Assembly (NCBI GenBank): GCA_026388115.1
Contig: JAPLKK010000017.1
Span: forward strand, 15,667 to 79,666
DNA: 64,000 nt
Reading direction: 5' to 3'
DNA from: Elusimicrobiota bacterium
Lineage (GTDB): Bacteria; Elusimicrobiota; Elusimicrobia; UBA1565; JACRDR01
Shown here piece after piece: positions 55,740 to 64,000 of this stretch; position 1 is the first letter of the stretch; the number at the start of each line of letters is the position of its first letter. Position numbers and translations under genes: made by a program. The notes beneath the pieces were generated by a model. It was not told the origin of the DNA, did not search any database, and saw only the letters and a program-made list of their open reading frames with translations.

Positions 55740-55805
55740 TGGGCCGAAAGCTTCGTGCACTGCCGGATCAAGCGTTTCGTTAGTTTTATAGGATAGCCGT
55801 CAGCG

Positions 55806-57146
55806 ATGCCCCAGCCCTACCACCCCCGGTCGTGGATGCCCGCGGGCCGCAAGCCGCTCGTCGGCGAGCTGCGCGTCCCCGGCGACAAGTCGGTGTCTCA
55901 TCGCGCCCTGATCCTCGGCGCCCTCGCGGAGGGCACGACCGCGATCCGCGGGCTCTCCGACGGCGCGGACGTCGCCTCCACGCGCCGATGCCTCGAGCAG
56001 CTGGGCGTCCGCGTGGAGGACGGCGGCGAGCTCGTGAAGACGGCGGCGGGAGAGGCCTGGAGCGAGGTGCGCGTCCACGGGGCCGGCGCGGGCGGCCTTG
56101 CCGCTTCGCGCAGGGCCCTCGACTGCGGCAACTCGGGCACGACCCTGCGCCTGCTCCTCGGCGTGCTGGCGGGCCAGCCCTTCCGCTCCCGGCTCACCGG
56201 CGACGCCTCCTTGAGGCGGCGCCCGATGGGCCGCGTGGCCGAGCCCTTGCGCGCGATGGGGGCGAAGGTCGAGCTCTCCGACGGCGACCATGCGCCCTTG
56301 AGCGTGCGGGGCGGCGCCCTGCGGGGCATCGCGTACCGCTCCCCGGTGGCGAGCGCACAGCTCAAGAGCGCCGTGCTCTTGGCGGGGCTGTCCGCCTCGG
56401 GGGAGACGTCGGTCGAGGAGCCGAGCCCGAGCCGCGACCACACCGAGCGGATGCTCCGGCATTTCGGCGTGAAGGTGGGCGTCGAGGGCTCGCGCGTCTG
56501 GGTCCATGGCGGCGCCAGGCTGAAGGCCTCCAAGGTGCGCGTGCCCGGCGACGTCTCCTCGGCGGCTTTCTGGCTCGTGGCGGCCTGCGTGGTGCCGGGC
56601 TCCACGCTCCGGGTCGGAGGCGTCGGCATCAACCCCACGCGCGCGGGCGCCGTCGAGGTCCTGCGGCGCATGGGCGCCCGGCTCCAGGTGCGGCCGGCCC
56701 AGGCCGGCGCGGGTGAGGAGCCGGCGGCCGACATCACGGCGCGCCACGGGCCGTTGGTCGCGACCGAGACCACGCCGCAGGAGTTCCCCACGCTCGTCGA
56801 CGAGGCGCCGATCCTGGCCGTCGCCGCCACCCAAGCGCGCGGCACGACCCGCATCCGCGGCGCGGGCGAGCTGCGCGTGAAGGAATCCGACCGGCTCGAA
56901 GGGACGGTGCGGATGCTCGCGGCCTTCGGCGCCGAGGCCAAAGTCGAGGGCGACGACCTTGTCGTCTTCGGTCCGCAGGCGCTGCGAGGGGGCGTGGTCG
57001 ATCCGCGCGCCGACCATCGCATCGCCATGGCCGCGGCGGTCGCCGCGCTGATCGCCGACGGTCCGGCGAAAGTCCTCGACCCCGGCTGCGCCCAGATATC
57101 GTATCCTGCATTCTTTCCGACCCTCGATGCCCTCCTCAAAGCTTAA
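55806..57146 (+). CDS. aroA: 3-phosphoshikimate 1-carboxyvinyltransferase (EPSP synthase).
   Basis: LRVPGDKSVSHRALILGALAEG...LDCGNSGTTLRLL...RPM.RV..PL..MGA. Confidence 0.85.
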   Translation: MPQPYHPRSWMPAGRKPLVGELRVPGDKSVSHRALILGALAEGTTAIRGLSDGADVASTRRCLEQLGVRVEDGGELVKTAAGEAWSEVRVHGAGAGGLAASRRALDCGNSGTTLRLLLGVLAGQPFRSRLTGDASLRRRPMGRVAEPLRAMGAKVELSDGDHAPLSVRGGALRGIAYRSPVASAQLKSAVLLAGLSASGETSVEEPSPSRDHTERMLRHFGVKVGVEGSRVWVHGGARLKASKVRVPGDVSSAAFWLVAACVVPGSTLRVGGVGINPTRAGAVEVLRRMGARLQVRPAQAGAGEEPAADITARHGPLVATETTPQEFPTLVDEAPILAVAATQARGTTRIRGAGELRVKESDRLEGTVRMLAAFGAEAKVEGDDLVVFGPQALRGGVVDPRADHRIAMAAAVAALIADGPAKVLDPGCAQISYPAFFPTLDALLKA

Positions 57147-57993
57147 GCCCCGCAAGGCGGCGGTGATCGCCTGGCCGGCCGGCCACACGAGATCGCCGGA
57201 CCTCCACCACGAGATGGCGAAGCTGCTGAAGCGGCCCGTCCAGTACGAGCGGATCGCGGTGCCTCCGCACGAGCTGTCCGCCTTCCTCGACAAGATCCGC
57301 AAGACGGGCGAGGCCGATGGCTGGGTGGGCTTCAACGTGACCATCCCGCATAAGGAAGCGGTCTTGCGCCTTCTGGACGCGGTCGCGCCCGAGGCCAAGG
57401 GCATCGGGGCGGCGAACGTGGTGACGGTCGGCCGCCGCAAGCTCTCGGGCGACAACACCGACGCGGGCGGCTTCCTGGACGCGTTGACCGAGCGCGGAGT
57501 GCCGGTCGCCGGGACGGAGGTGCTCGTCTTCGGCGCGGGCGGCGCGGCCCGCGCGGTCTGCTGGTCGCTGGCGGGGGCGGGAGCCAAGCGCATCCACCTG
57601 CTCAACCGCAACGCGGGGCGGGCGTTCGAGCTCGCGGGGTCCCTCGCCCGCCATTTCCCGAAGACGCAGTTCACCGCCGGCCCGCAGTGGCCGCGCGACG
57701 CGATGGTCTGGGTCAACGCCACGCCGCTCGGCATGGAGGGCTTCCCGGCCGTGAGCCCGATCCCGCATGGCGTGACCCTGCCCCGCGGGATGTGGGCCTA
57801 CGACCTTGTGTGCACCCCGCCGAAGACGCCGTTCCTCCAGCAGGCGGCCGCGGCCGGCGCGCGAACGATCGGCGGAGCGGACATGCTGGTCTATCAGGCG
57901 CTGCGCACCTGGGAGCTGTGGTTCGAGCCGCTGGGGGGCCGGCGTCGGCGCGAGCTCAAGAGCGAGCTCATGGAAAGGGTGAAGTGGCGCTGA
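57127..57993 (+). CDS. aroE: Shikimate dehydrogenase.
   Basis: AVIAWPAGHTRSP (compare AVIG.PI.HS.SP), then NVTIPHK and LVFGAGGAARAV. The exact start is uncertain. The track ORF overlaps aroA by 20 nt. Confidence 0.75.
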   Translation: MPSSKLKPRKAAVIAWPAGHTRSPDLHHEMAKLLKRPVQYERIAVPPHELSAFLDKIRKTGEADGWVGFNVTIPHKEAVLRLLDAVAPEAKGIGAANVVTVGRRKLSGDNTDAGGFLDALTERGVPVAGTEVLVFGAGGAARAVCWSLAGAGAKRIHLLNRNAGRAFELAGSLARHFPKTQFTAGPQWPRDAMVWVNATPLGMEGFPAVSPIPHGVTLPRGMWAYDLVCTPPKTPFLQQAAAAGARTIGGADMLVYQALRTWELWFEPLGGRRRRELKSELMERVKWR

Positions 57994-59141
57994 GGTTCTT
58001 GACCGCGGGCGAATCGCACGGGGTTGCGCTCGTGGGAATCATCGAGGGCATGCCGGCCGGGCTCGCGCTCACCGCCGAGTATCTCCAGGCTCAGGCGGCC
58101 CGGCGAAAGCTGGGCTTCGGCCGGGGCGGCCGTCAGAAGATCGAGACCGACGAGGTGCGCATCCTCTCGGGCGTGCGCCGCGGCTTCACCCTGGGAAGCC
58201 CGATCGCGCTGCTCATCGAGAACCGCGATTTCGCCAATTGGAGGGACGTGATGCGGGTGGAGCCCGCGCGGGGGGAGGCCCGGCGGCGCGTGGACGTCCC
58301 GCGGCCGGGGCACGCCGACCTCGGAGGGGCGCTCAAGTACCGGCATCAGGATATGCGCGACGTGCTGGAGCGGGCCAGCGCGCGCGAGACCGCGATGCGC
58401 GTGGCGCTGGGGTCGGCGGCGCGGCGGCTGCTGGAGGGGCTGGGGGTGGCGCTTGGCAGCCGCGTCGCGGCGCTCGGGCCGGTGGCGGACGATTCCGATT
58501 ACGGCGACGCGAAGACGCTGAACGCGCGCGCCGACCGCTCGCCGGTGAGGAGCCTGCGCAGGAGCCGGGAGATGGCCGCCTTCATCGACGGCGCGCGCGG
58601 CGCCGGAGACACGGTCGGCGGGGTCATCGAGGTGGTCGCGGGCGGCATGCCGACGGGCCTGGGCTCCTACGCGCAATGGGACCGGCGGATCGAGGGCCCC
58701 ATCGCCTCCGCGTTCATGAGCCTCAACGGCGTCAAGGGAGTCGAGATCGGCCTGGGCTTCGGCGCGGCCGGCAGGCCCGGCTCGAAAGCCCACGACGAGT
58801 ACGCCCCCGCGCCCGCCGGGCGCGTGCGGTTCTTGTCGAACCGCTCGGGCGGCATCGACGGCGGCATCACCACGGGGCAGGACCTCGTCGTCCGCGCGGC
58901 CATGAAGCCGCTGGCGACCCTGATGCGCCCGCTCCGGTCGGTGGACCTGCGCACGGGCAAGAGCGCCTCGGCCCACGTCGAGCGGTCGGACGTGTGCGCG
59001 CTGCCTTCGGCGGCCGTGATCGGCGAGGCCCTGCTCGCGTTGGTGCTCGCCTCGGCCGTCCTCGACAAGTTCGGCGGCGACTCGATGGACGAGCTGCTCC
59101 CCAGGGTGAGGCAGTGGCGAAAGACGGGAACATCTATCTGA
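57984..59141 (+). CDS. aroC: Chorismate synthase. GTG start overlaps the aroE stop; the track ORF at 57687 is an in-frame N-terminal extension.
   Basis: (M)ALRFLTAGESHG...GGRQKIETDEVRILSGV...GRSSARETA...LNGVKGVEIG. Confidence 0.85.
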   Translation: MALRFLTAGESHGVALVGIIEGMPAGLALTAEYLQAQAARRKLGFGRGGRQKIETDEVRILSGVRRGFTLGSPIALLIENRDFANWRDVMRVEPARGEARRRVDVPRPGHADLGGALKYRHQDMRDVLERASARETAMRVALGSAARRLLEGLGVALGSRVAALGPVADDSDYGDAKTLNARADRSPVRSLRRSREMAAFIDGARGAGDTVGGVIEVVAGGMPTGLGSYAQWDRRIEGPIASAFMSLNGVKGVEIGLGFGAAGRPGSKAHDEYAPAPAGRVRFLSNRSGGIDGGITTGQDLVVRAAMKPLATLMRPLRSVDLRTGKSASAHVERSDVCALPSAAVIGEALLALVLASAVLDKFGGDSMDELLPRVRQWRKTGTSI

Positions 59142-59650
59142 TCGGACCCATGGGCTCGGGAAAGACGGCCGTGGGACGCGAGCTGGCCCGGAGGCTCAAG
59201 CGGCGCTTCGTGGACACCGACCTCGTGCTTGTGCGGCGCTGCGGGGCCTCCATCGAGGACGTCTTCGCCAAGCGCGGCGAGCCGGCGTTCCGCCGCCTCG
59301 AGCTGGGCGAGGTCCGCCGCGTGGCGAAGCGCTCGAGCCTCGTCGTCGCCCTGGGCGGCGGGGCGCCCTCTCAGTCCGAGGTGCGGCGCCTGCTCAGCTC
59401 CACGGGGACGACCGTGCTCTTGACGTGCGACCAGCGGACGCTGTGGAAGCGTCTTGCGCCCCGGAAGCGCTCGCGCCCCCTGCTGCACGCCCCGTCGGAC
59501 GCGCACAGCCGCGCGCGGCTGGCCTCCTTGATCCGCAAGCGCAAGCACGCCTATCCCAAAGGCGACTTCCGCATCTCCACCACGCGCCTGGACGCCAAGG
59601 CGGTCGCGCGCGCGATCGTTCGGCGTTTATCGGATGAAGAGCGCAATTAA
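59114..59650 (+). CDS. aroK: Shikimate kinase. GTG start; the track ORF at 58238 is an N-terminal extension.
   Basis: NIYLIGPMGSGKTAVGRELARRL...FVDTD (Walker A plus the shikimate-kinase pattern). Confidence 0.8.
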   Translation: MAKDGNIYLIGPMGSGKTAVGRELARRLKRRFVDTDLVLVRRCGASIEDVFAKRGEPAFRRLELGEVRRVAKRSSLVVALGGGAPSQSEVRRLLSSTGTTVLLTCDQRTLWKRLAPRKRSRPLLHAPSDAHSRARLASLIRKRKHAYPKGDFRISTTRLDAKAVARAIVRRLSDEERN

Positions 59651-60671
59651 AGTCGGCCGCGGCCTCCTCCGCAAGCCGGCCTGGGCGAGGCTGCTCGGCA
59701 GGCGCGTGTGCCTGGTCACCGAGCCCGAGGCCCATCGGCGCTTCGGGAGGAAGCTGCTCGACGCATTGAGGCGCGAGGGCATCGAAGCGGCGCTGCACCT
59801 CCTGCCGGCCGGCGAGGCGGCCAAGACGCTCGCGTGCGTCCATTCCATCTACCGCACGCTCGTGCGCTCGGGCCTCGGCCGCGACGGGGGCGTCATCGCC
59901 CTGGGCGGCGGCGCCGTGACCGACGCGGCCGGCTTCGCGGCCGCCACTTATCTGCGCGGCGTCCCGTGGATCACCGTCCCTACGACCCTGCTTGGCCAGG
60001 TCGATAGCGGCATCGGGGGCAAGACCGGCGTGAACATCGCGGAGGGAAAGAACCTGGTCGGAGCTTTCCATCAGCCGCGCGCGGTCATCTGCGACCTGGC
60101 CGTTCTGGACTCCCTGCCCTTGCGGGAGGTGATCTCGGGCTTGGGCGAAGCGGTCAAATACGGCCTCGTCTTCGACCGCGCCTTCTTCGACCGCATGCGC
60201 CGGGATTGGGACCGTCTGCTCGCGCTGGACCCTTTGGCGCTCGCTCCCGTCGTGAGGCGCTGCGCCGCCCTGAAGGCGGAGATCGTCGCCAAGGACGAGC
60301 GCGAGACGACCGGGCTCCGGGAGCTGCTCAACTTCGGCCATACCGTCGGCCACGCGCTCGAGACGGAGGCGGGCTACGGCACGCTGCGCCACGGCGAGGC
60401 GGTCGTGTGGGGGATGCGGGCCGCGCTGGCGCTCTCGTTGATGAAGACCGGGTTGCCGAAGGCGGACGCGCTCGACGCGGGGCGCGTCTTGGCGCAGATC
60501 CCCGTGCCGCGGCCGCCGGCGAGGCCCGAGCGATTGCTGGCCCGCATGCGGCGCGACAAGAAGGCGCGCGGCGGCCGCATCCGCTTCGTGCTGCTCAAGC
60601 GCATCGGCCGGCCGGTCGTCGCGGCGGTCACCGAGAGCGAGGCCCGCGCGGCCCTGGAGGTCCTGAGGTAA
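59634..60671 (+). CDS. aroB: 3-dehydroquinate synthase.
   Basis: GGGAVTDAAGFAAATYLRGVPWITVPTTLLGQVDSGIGGKTGVN...NFGHTVGHALE. Confidence 0.85.
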   Translation: MKSAIKVGRGLLRKPAWARLLGRRVCLVTEPEAHRRFGRKLLDALRREGIEAALHLLPAGEAAKTLACVHSIYRTLVRSGLGRDGGVIALGGGAVTDAAGFAAATYLRGVPWITVPTTLLGQVDSGIGGKTGVNIAEGKNLVGAFHQPRAVICDLAVLDSLPLREVISGLGEAVKYGLVFDRAFFDRMRRDWDRLLALDPLALAPVVRRCAALKAEIVAKDERETTGLRELLNFGHTVGHALETEAGYGTLRHGEAVVWGMRAALALSLMKTGLPKADALDAGRVLAQIPVPRPPARPERLLARMRRDKKARGGRIRFVLLKRIGRPVVAAVTESEARAALEVLR

Positions 60672-60672
60672 G

Positions 60673-61113
60673 GTGGCGCGGTCCGGGAGGAACGTCCTCG
60701 TCCTGCACGGCCCGAACCTGAACCTGCTCGGCGAGCGCGAGACCGGGATCTACGGCGTGCGCAGCCTGGCCGAGCTGAACGCGGCGCTGCGCAAGAAGGC
60801 TCGCGAACTGGGCCTCACGCTGAAGATCTTCCAGAGCAACCATGAGGGCCGCCTCATCGATCTCTTGCACGCGAACCGCAAGTGGGCCTCGGCGGTCGTG
60901 ATCAATCCGGGCGCCTACACGCATTACAGCTACGCGCTGCGCGACGCCGTCGCCGCCGTCAGCCTGCGCGCCATCGAGGTTCATCTTTCGAACATCAAGA
61001 AGCGCGAGCCCTTCCGGCGCGTGTCGGTCATCGCCCCGGTCTGCGAGGCGCAGATCTCGGGCAAGGGCTTCGGCTCCTACGTCGCCGCGCTCGAGCGGCT
61101 CGCGAAGGGATGA
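60673..61113 (+). CDS. aroQ: Type II 3-dehydroquinate dehydratase.
   Basis: VLVLHGPNLNLLGERE..IYG...QSNHEGRLID...VINPGAYTHYSYALRDA. Confidence 0.85.
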   Translation: MARSGRNVLVLHGPNLNLLGERETGIYGVRSLAELNAALRKKARELGLTLKIFQSNHEGRLIDLLHANRKWASAVVINPGAYTHYSYALRDAVAAVSLRAIEVHLSNIKKREPFRRVSVIAPVCEAQISGKGFGSYVAALERLAKG

Positions 61114-61649
61114 CCGAGCGCGGCTTCGGCGGACGCCGCATCCGCCTGGTCCAAGGGGACATCACGAGATGCCCGGCCGACGCCATCGTCAACGCCGCCA
61201 ACTCCAGCCTGGCGGGCGGCGGGGGCGTCGACGGCGCCATCCACGACGCGGGCGGGCCGTCGATCATGGAGGAGCTCGACCGCATCCGCGGCCAGGGCTG
61301 CCCGACCGGTTCCGCCGTGATGACCGGGGCGGGGGACCTTCCCGCCAAGCACGTCATCCACGCCGTCGGTCCCCGCTGGCGGGGAGGCGGAAAAGGCGAG
61401 GAGCAGCTGCTCGCCAGCGCCTATCTATCGAGCCTGCGCCTCGCCGAGAAGGCGGGAGCCGCGGTCGTCACCTTCCCCTCGATCAGCACCGGCATCTACG
61501 GCTATCCCGTCGAAAAGGCCGCGCCGGTCGCCCTGGGGGCCGTGAGCGAGTTCCTCAAGGCGGAGGCGAAGGCCGTGCGCGAGGCGCAGTTCGTGCTCTT
61601 CGACCGGTTCACCTTCGCCGCCTACGAGGCGGCGCTCGGCGCGCTCTAA
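61110..61649 (+). CDS. Macro-domain protein (O-acetyl-ADP-ribose deacetylase / YmdB-like). ATG overlaps the aroQ stop; the track ORF at 60882 is an N-terminal extension.
   Basis: IRLVQGDITRCPADAIVNAANSSLAGGGGVDGAIHDAGG...HVIHAVGPRW...SISTGIYGYP. Confidence 0.8.
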   Translation: MTERGFGGRRIRLVQGDITRCPADAIVNAANSSLAGGGGVDGAIHDAGGPSIMEELDRIRGQGCPTGSAVMTGAGDLPAKHVIHAVGPRWRGGGKGEEQLLASAYLSSLRLAEKAGAAVVTFPSISTGIYGYPVEKAAPVALGAVSEFLKAEAKAVREAQFVLFDRFTFAAYEAALGAL

Positions 61650-61651
61650 CC

Positions 61652-62278
61652 CTAACGGACGGGCTTCTCGAGAGAGAGGAGCTTTGCGCCCCTGAACTTC
61701 CCGGCGTTGGTGAAGTCGTAGGCGATGCTTGCGACGGCGAGGTCCTCGCAGGCGTGGCAGGTGCGAAGGGGGACCGACGCCGTGAAGCGGAAGCCGTCGT
61801 TGGTGGGAACCCGCTCGGGCAGCGTGAAGCCGTCGAACACCAGGAAGGCGCTCTTCCATGCGCGGCGGTTCTCGCGGTACAGCGGCTCGCGCGTCAGATC
61901 GACCTTCTTCAGGACCTTGTCGTCGGCCTCATCGATTCTCGGCGGGTCGCCGTTGAGGAAGTAGATGGTCTGGTTCGTGTTGGCGCGGAAGGGGAAGTCG
62001 ACACGGCCGAGGTCGATCTTCTCCTTGGGGATGAATTCGCGCAGGTAGCCCGGCTGATCGAGCGTCTCGGAGAAGGCGATCGCCTCCAGGCTCGCCTCCG
62101 TTTGCTTCATATAGTCGCGCAGGCATTTGCCGAGCCCCTTGCCGCTCGCGTTCTTGCAGGCGACGTGGAGTTGGGCGTCGACGTCCATCAAGGGCGCCCA
62201 CACGGCGTCGGGCCCGGTCCGCGTCGCGGGCGCCGCGGCCATCGCGGCCGCCGCGATGAGAAGGAGAGGGATTCGCAT
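61652..62278 (-). CDS. Secreted hypothetical protein (208 aa) with a signal peptide.
   Basis: MRIPLLLIAAAAMAAAPATRTG at the internal Met; no recognised domain. The longer track ORF to 62335 is likely an N-terminal extension. Confidence 0.5.
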   Translation of the reverse strand: MRIPLLLIAAAAMAAAPATRTGPDAVWAPLMDVDAQLHVACKNASGKGLGKCLRDYMKQTEASLEAIAFSETLDQPGYLREFIPKEKIDLGRVDFPFRANTNQTIYFLNGDPPRIDEADDKVLKKVDLTREPLYRENRRAWKSAFLVFDGFTLPERVPTNDGFRFTASVPLRTCHACEDLAVASIAYDFTNAGKFRGAKLLSLEKPVR

Positions 62279-62353
62279 GGCTGAAGGATGGCCTGTCCAG
62301 GCGTTTTTAGCAAGGTCTCGCGCTGCCCGCTCCATGGCAAGGCTCGGCGGGCG

Positions 62354-63076
62354 CTACGTCCGCTGCGCCGGCGCCGCTTGCGGGGCGGCCGGCAGATAGG
62401 CGGAGAAGAGGTTCTCTATCTCCTGCAGCGAATCATCCAGGATCGAGATCACCGTGACGGCGGCGAAACAATCCAAGCTGACCAGCGCGTTGAGGCTCGC
62501 GTCCTGGAGCTTGATCGTCTTCAGCCGCTTCACAAAATCACGGTTCACAGTGCTGACGGCATTGTAGATATCCACGAGGTGCTTGAGGTCCCAGTCGGGC
62601 TGGCGTCCCCGTTTGTAAACGAAGAACTGGGCCAGCAGGTACATGGAGATGGCCCGGTACATGGTCTCGATCGTCTCCGGGAAGGGCATGTGGATGCGCA
62701 CCATGGGCCGCAGCTTGTCCAAGACCGGACAGCCGCTGGTGACCATCACGATGCCGATGAGCCCGCTGATGCCCTCCTGCAGAGCGGCCTTCTTGCGGAA
62801 CTCGCGGGCCTCGGTGAGGATGGATATCTCCGCCTCATGGAAGGAGATGCTGTCCTTGAATTCCTCGATGACCCCGGCGAGGTTGGCGGCGATGGGGCAG
62901 TGAGGATGATCCTGCTCGTTCAGCGGGCAGATCGAACACCGCCGGTTGCCGAGCCGCGTCCATTCAGGCAGGGGCTCGGGCGCCGGGTTCATGAGGGCGA
63001 GGGAAGCGGGGTCGAGGGAGAGATCGAATTCCTTCACCCTGCCGCCCGTCAGGGCAAAACGGTATCGGATATGCAT
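62354..63076 (-). CDS. Hypothetical protein (240 aa from the internal Met MHIRYRF...) with a CSICPLNEQDHPHCP Cys/His motif. GC is lower, at about 60%.
   Basis: ORF 62354..63217 in the track. The N-terminal 47 aa (RGRELDQGQRLRERARP...) look like a non-coding extension. No family recognised. Confidence 0.45.
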   Translation of the reverse strand: MHIRYRFALTGGRVKEFDLSLDPASLALMNPAPEPLPEWTRLGNRRCSICPLNEQDHPHCPIAANLAGVIEEFKDSISFHEAEISILTEAREFRKKAALQEGISGLIGIVMVTSGCPVLDKLRPMVRIHMPFPETIETMYRAISMYLLAQFFVYKRGRQPDWDLKHLVDIYNAVSTVNRDFVKRLKTIKLQDASLNALVSLDCFAAVTVISILDDSLQEIENLFSAYLPAAPQAAPAQRT

Positions 63077-63090
63077 GCCCTCTTCGACTC

Positions 63091-63477
63091 CTACTTGACG
63101 ACCGGGAGGCCGGCGTTCTCCCAGGCGCGGATGCCTCCGGAAAGGTCGTGCACGCTCGCGTAGCCTCTGGCCTTGATCAAGCTCGCGGCCACGGCCGATC
63201 GGCCGCCCATCGCGCAATACACCAGAATGTTGGCCCTCTTCTCCGCCGGCAGCTCCTGGAGCCTTCCCGGCAGCTGCTGGATCGGGATGAGGACGGCCCG
63301 CTCCAGATGCCCCTGGGCGAATTCCCCCTCGCTGCGCACGTCCAGGATGAACGTCCCGGGGTCCTTGGCCAGCTCAGCGGCCACGTTCGGCTTGGTCGCG
63401 GCGGTCCGCGAGCAGGCCACCGCCGCCAGCACCATCACTCCTGCGCCCAAAGCCACCGCTTCCCATATGCCGATCAC
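63091..63477 (-). CDS. Rhodanese-domain sulfurtransferase with an N-terminal signal/lipoprotein-like peptide.
   Basis: ILDVRSEGEFAQGHLERAVLIP...ILVYCAMGGRSAVAAS...GGIRAW (active-site Cys in CAMGGRS). N-terminus: MIGIWEAVALGAGVMVLAAVAC. Confidence 0.75.
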   Translation of the reverse strand: MIGIWEAVALGAGVMVLAAVACSRTAATKPNVAAELAKDPGTFILDVRSEGEFAQGHLERAVLIPIQQLPGRLQELPAEKRANILVYCAMGGRSAVAASLIKARGYASVHDLSGGIRAWENAGLPVVK

Positions 63478-63511
63478 CGGAGCCTCCTCCCGCTTGCGTT
63501 ATCTTATCGCT

Positions 63512-64000
63512 TTAATCGCATCCTGAGTTCAACCGATGCATAAGAGCGGCCGCCAGCGCCGCGAAAGCCGCGGCGTGCAGGCATGCCATGCCCGCGAGCA
63601 GCGGGCGGGCGCCGGCGAGAGGGAGGAGCAGGGTCCCGCATAGGAAGGCGGCGAGGGCTGCGCCCATGGTGTCCGCGGCGTACAAGGCGCCGGCGCCGCC
63701 CTCGCCGTAGACCTCGAGCGCCGCCGGGAATTCGGCTCCCAGCACCAAGGCGCAGACGAATATCCCGGCGCCGATCGCCGGGCCCGAGTCCGCGCCGCAA
63801 ACGAAGGCGGACAGGCCGCAGGAAGCGATCATCGCGGCCCTCAAGCCCAGCAAGCCGCGCGCCTTCAAGCCTGTGCGCGCGCCGAGCCAGGCTCCCGCGG
63901 CCAAGCCGAGCATATACGCGGCGAACAGCGCGCCGACCGCCCTATATAGCTGGCCCGACCGGCTCTGGTAGGCGTAGATGAGCGCCAGTTCGCCCGCCAT
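63512..64000 (-). CDS. Polytopic membrane protein, C-terminal part only. The gene continues beyond the window end.
   Basis: Hydrophobic Ala/Gly/Leu-rich helices; the ORF is open to position 64000. Confidence 0.4.
   Translation of the reverse strand: MAGELALIYAYQSRSGQLYRAVGALFAAYMLGLAAGAWLGARTGLKARGLLGLRAAMIASCGLSAFVCGADSGPAIGAGIFVCALVLGAEFPAALEVYGEGGAGALYAADTMGAALAAFLCGTLLLPLAGARPLLAGMACLHAAAFAALAAALMHRLNSGCD

Noticed and set aside
57687-59650. Long N-terminal extensions in the track ORFs for aroC (from 57687), aroK (from 58238), trpG (from 48165) and the macro gene (from 60882).
   Set aside because: The extensions are read-through of the open frame across the upstream gene and give non-homologous, Arg-rich sequence. 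Conserved N-termini begin at the GTG or ATG that overlaps the upstream stop codon: 57984, 59114, 48321 and 61110.

Overview
This window is about 70% GC bacterial DNA, gene-dense, with frequent GTG starts and overlapping stop/start junctions. Every real gene I can support is on the + strand between 2 and 61649; a minus-strand cluster follows to the window end.

1. Positions 2..37614 are a single giant extracellular protein gene. Its 5' end lies upstream of the window, and it carries a frame change near 8.85 kb that splits it into ORFs 104..8968 and 8953..37614. It is a periodic array of Asp-box (BNR) beta-propeller blades, fibronectin-III-like domains carrying a YYWRV signature, a recurring two-cysteine linker module, five LamG/concanavalin-like domains, nine C-terminal beta-sandwich-like repeats with Ca-binding-like DxNxDG loops, and a terminal FlgD-Ig/Por_Secre_tail-like sorting domain.

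2. Directly downstream is an operon-like set:
- a PorV/PorQ-like outer-membrane barrel fused to TPR repeats;
- a single 824-aa ORF that combines a histidine kinase, a FliF-type ring-building (RBM3-like) periplasmic segment, and a FliG-like N domain plus torque-helix C domain;
- a coiled-coil protein;
- a convergent REC-GAF-histidine kinase;
- an FkbM methyltransferase;
- a MotA/MotB stator pair with its own sigma70-like promoter.
No other flagellar genes are present in the window. I flag this as a candidate non-flagellar rotor-stator module linked to a T9SS-type cargo and shuttle.

3. A compact aromatic amino-acid supraoperon follows: trpE-G-D-C-F-B-A, then a DAHP synthase, then aroA-E-C-K-B-Q and a macro-domain gene. 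It has three anomalies: trpB is broken by a deletion of roughly 85 bp; a lower-GC fic gene with its own promoter and flanking hairpin elements sits between the DAHP synthase and aroA; and a GC-rich palindromic REP-like element occurs twice, once in-frame inside trpE and once in the intergenic region downstream of the DAHP synthase gene.

4. The window ends with a lower-GC minus-strand cluster: a secreted hypothetical protein, a Cys-motif hypothetical protein, a periplasmic rhodanese, and a partial membrane protein.

I see no rRNA, tRNA or CRISPR array. The many long minus-strand ORFs in the track are antisense artefacts of high GC3 codon usage.
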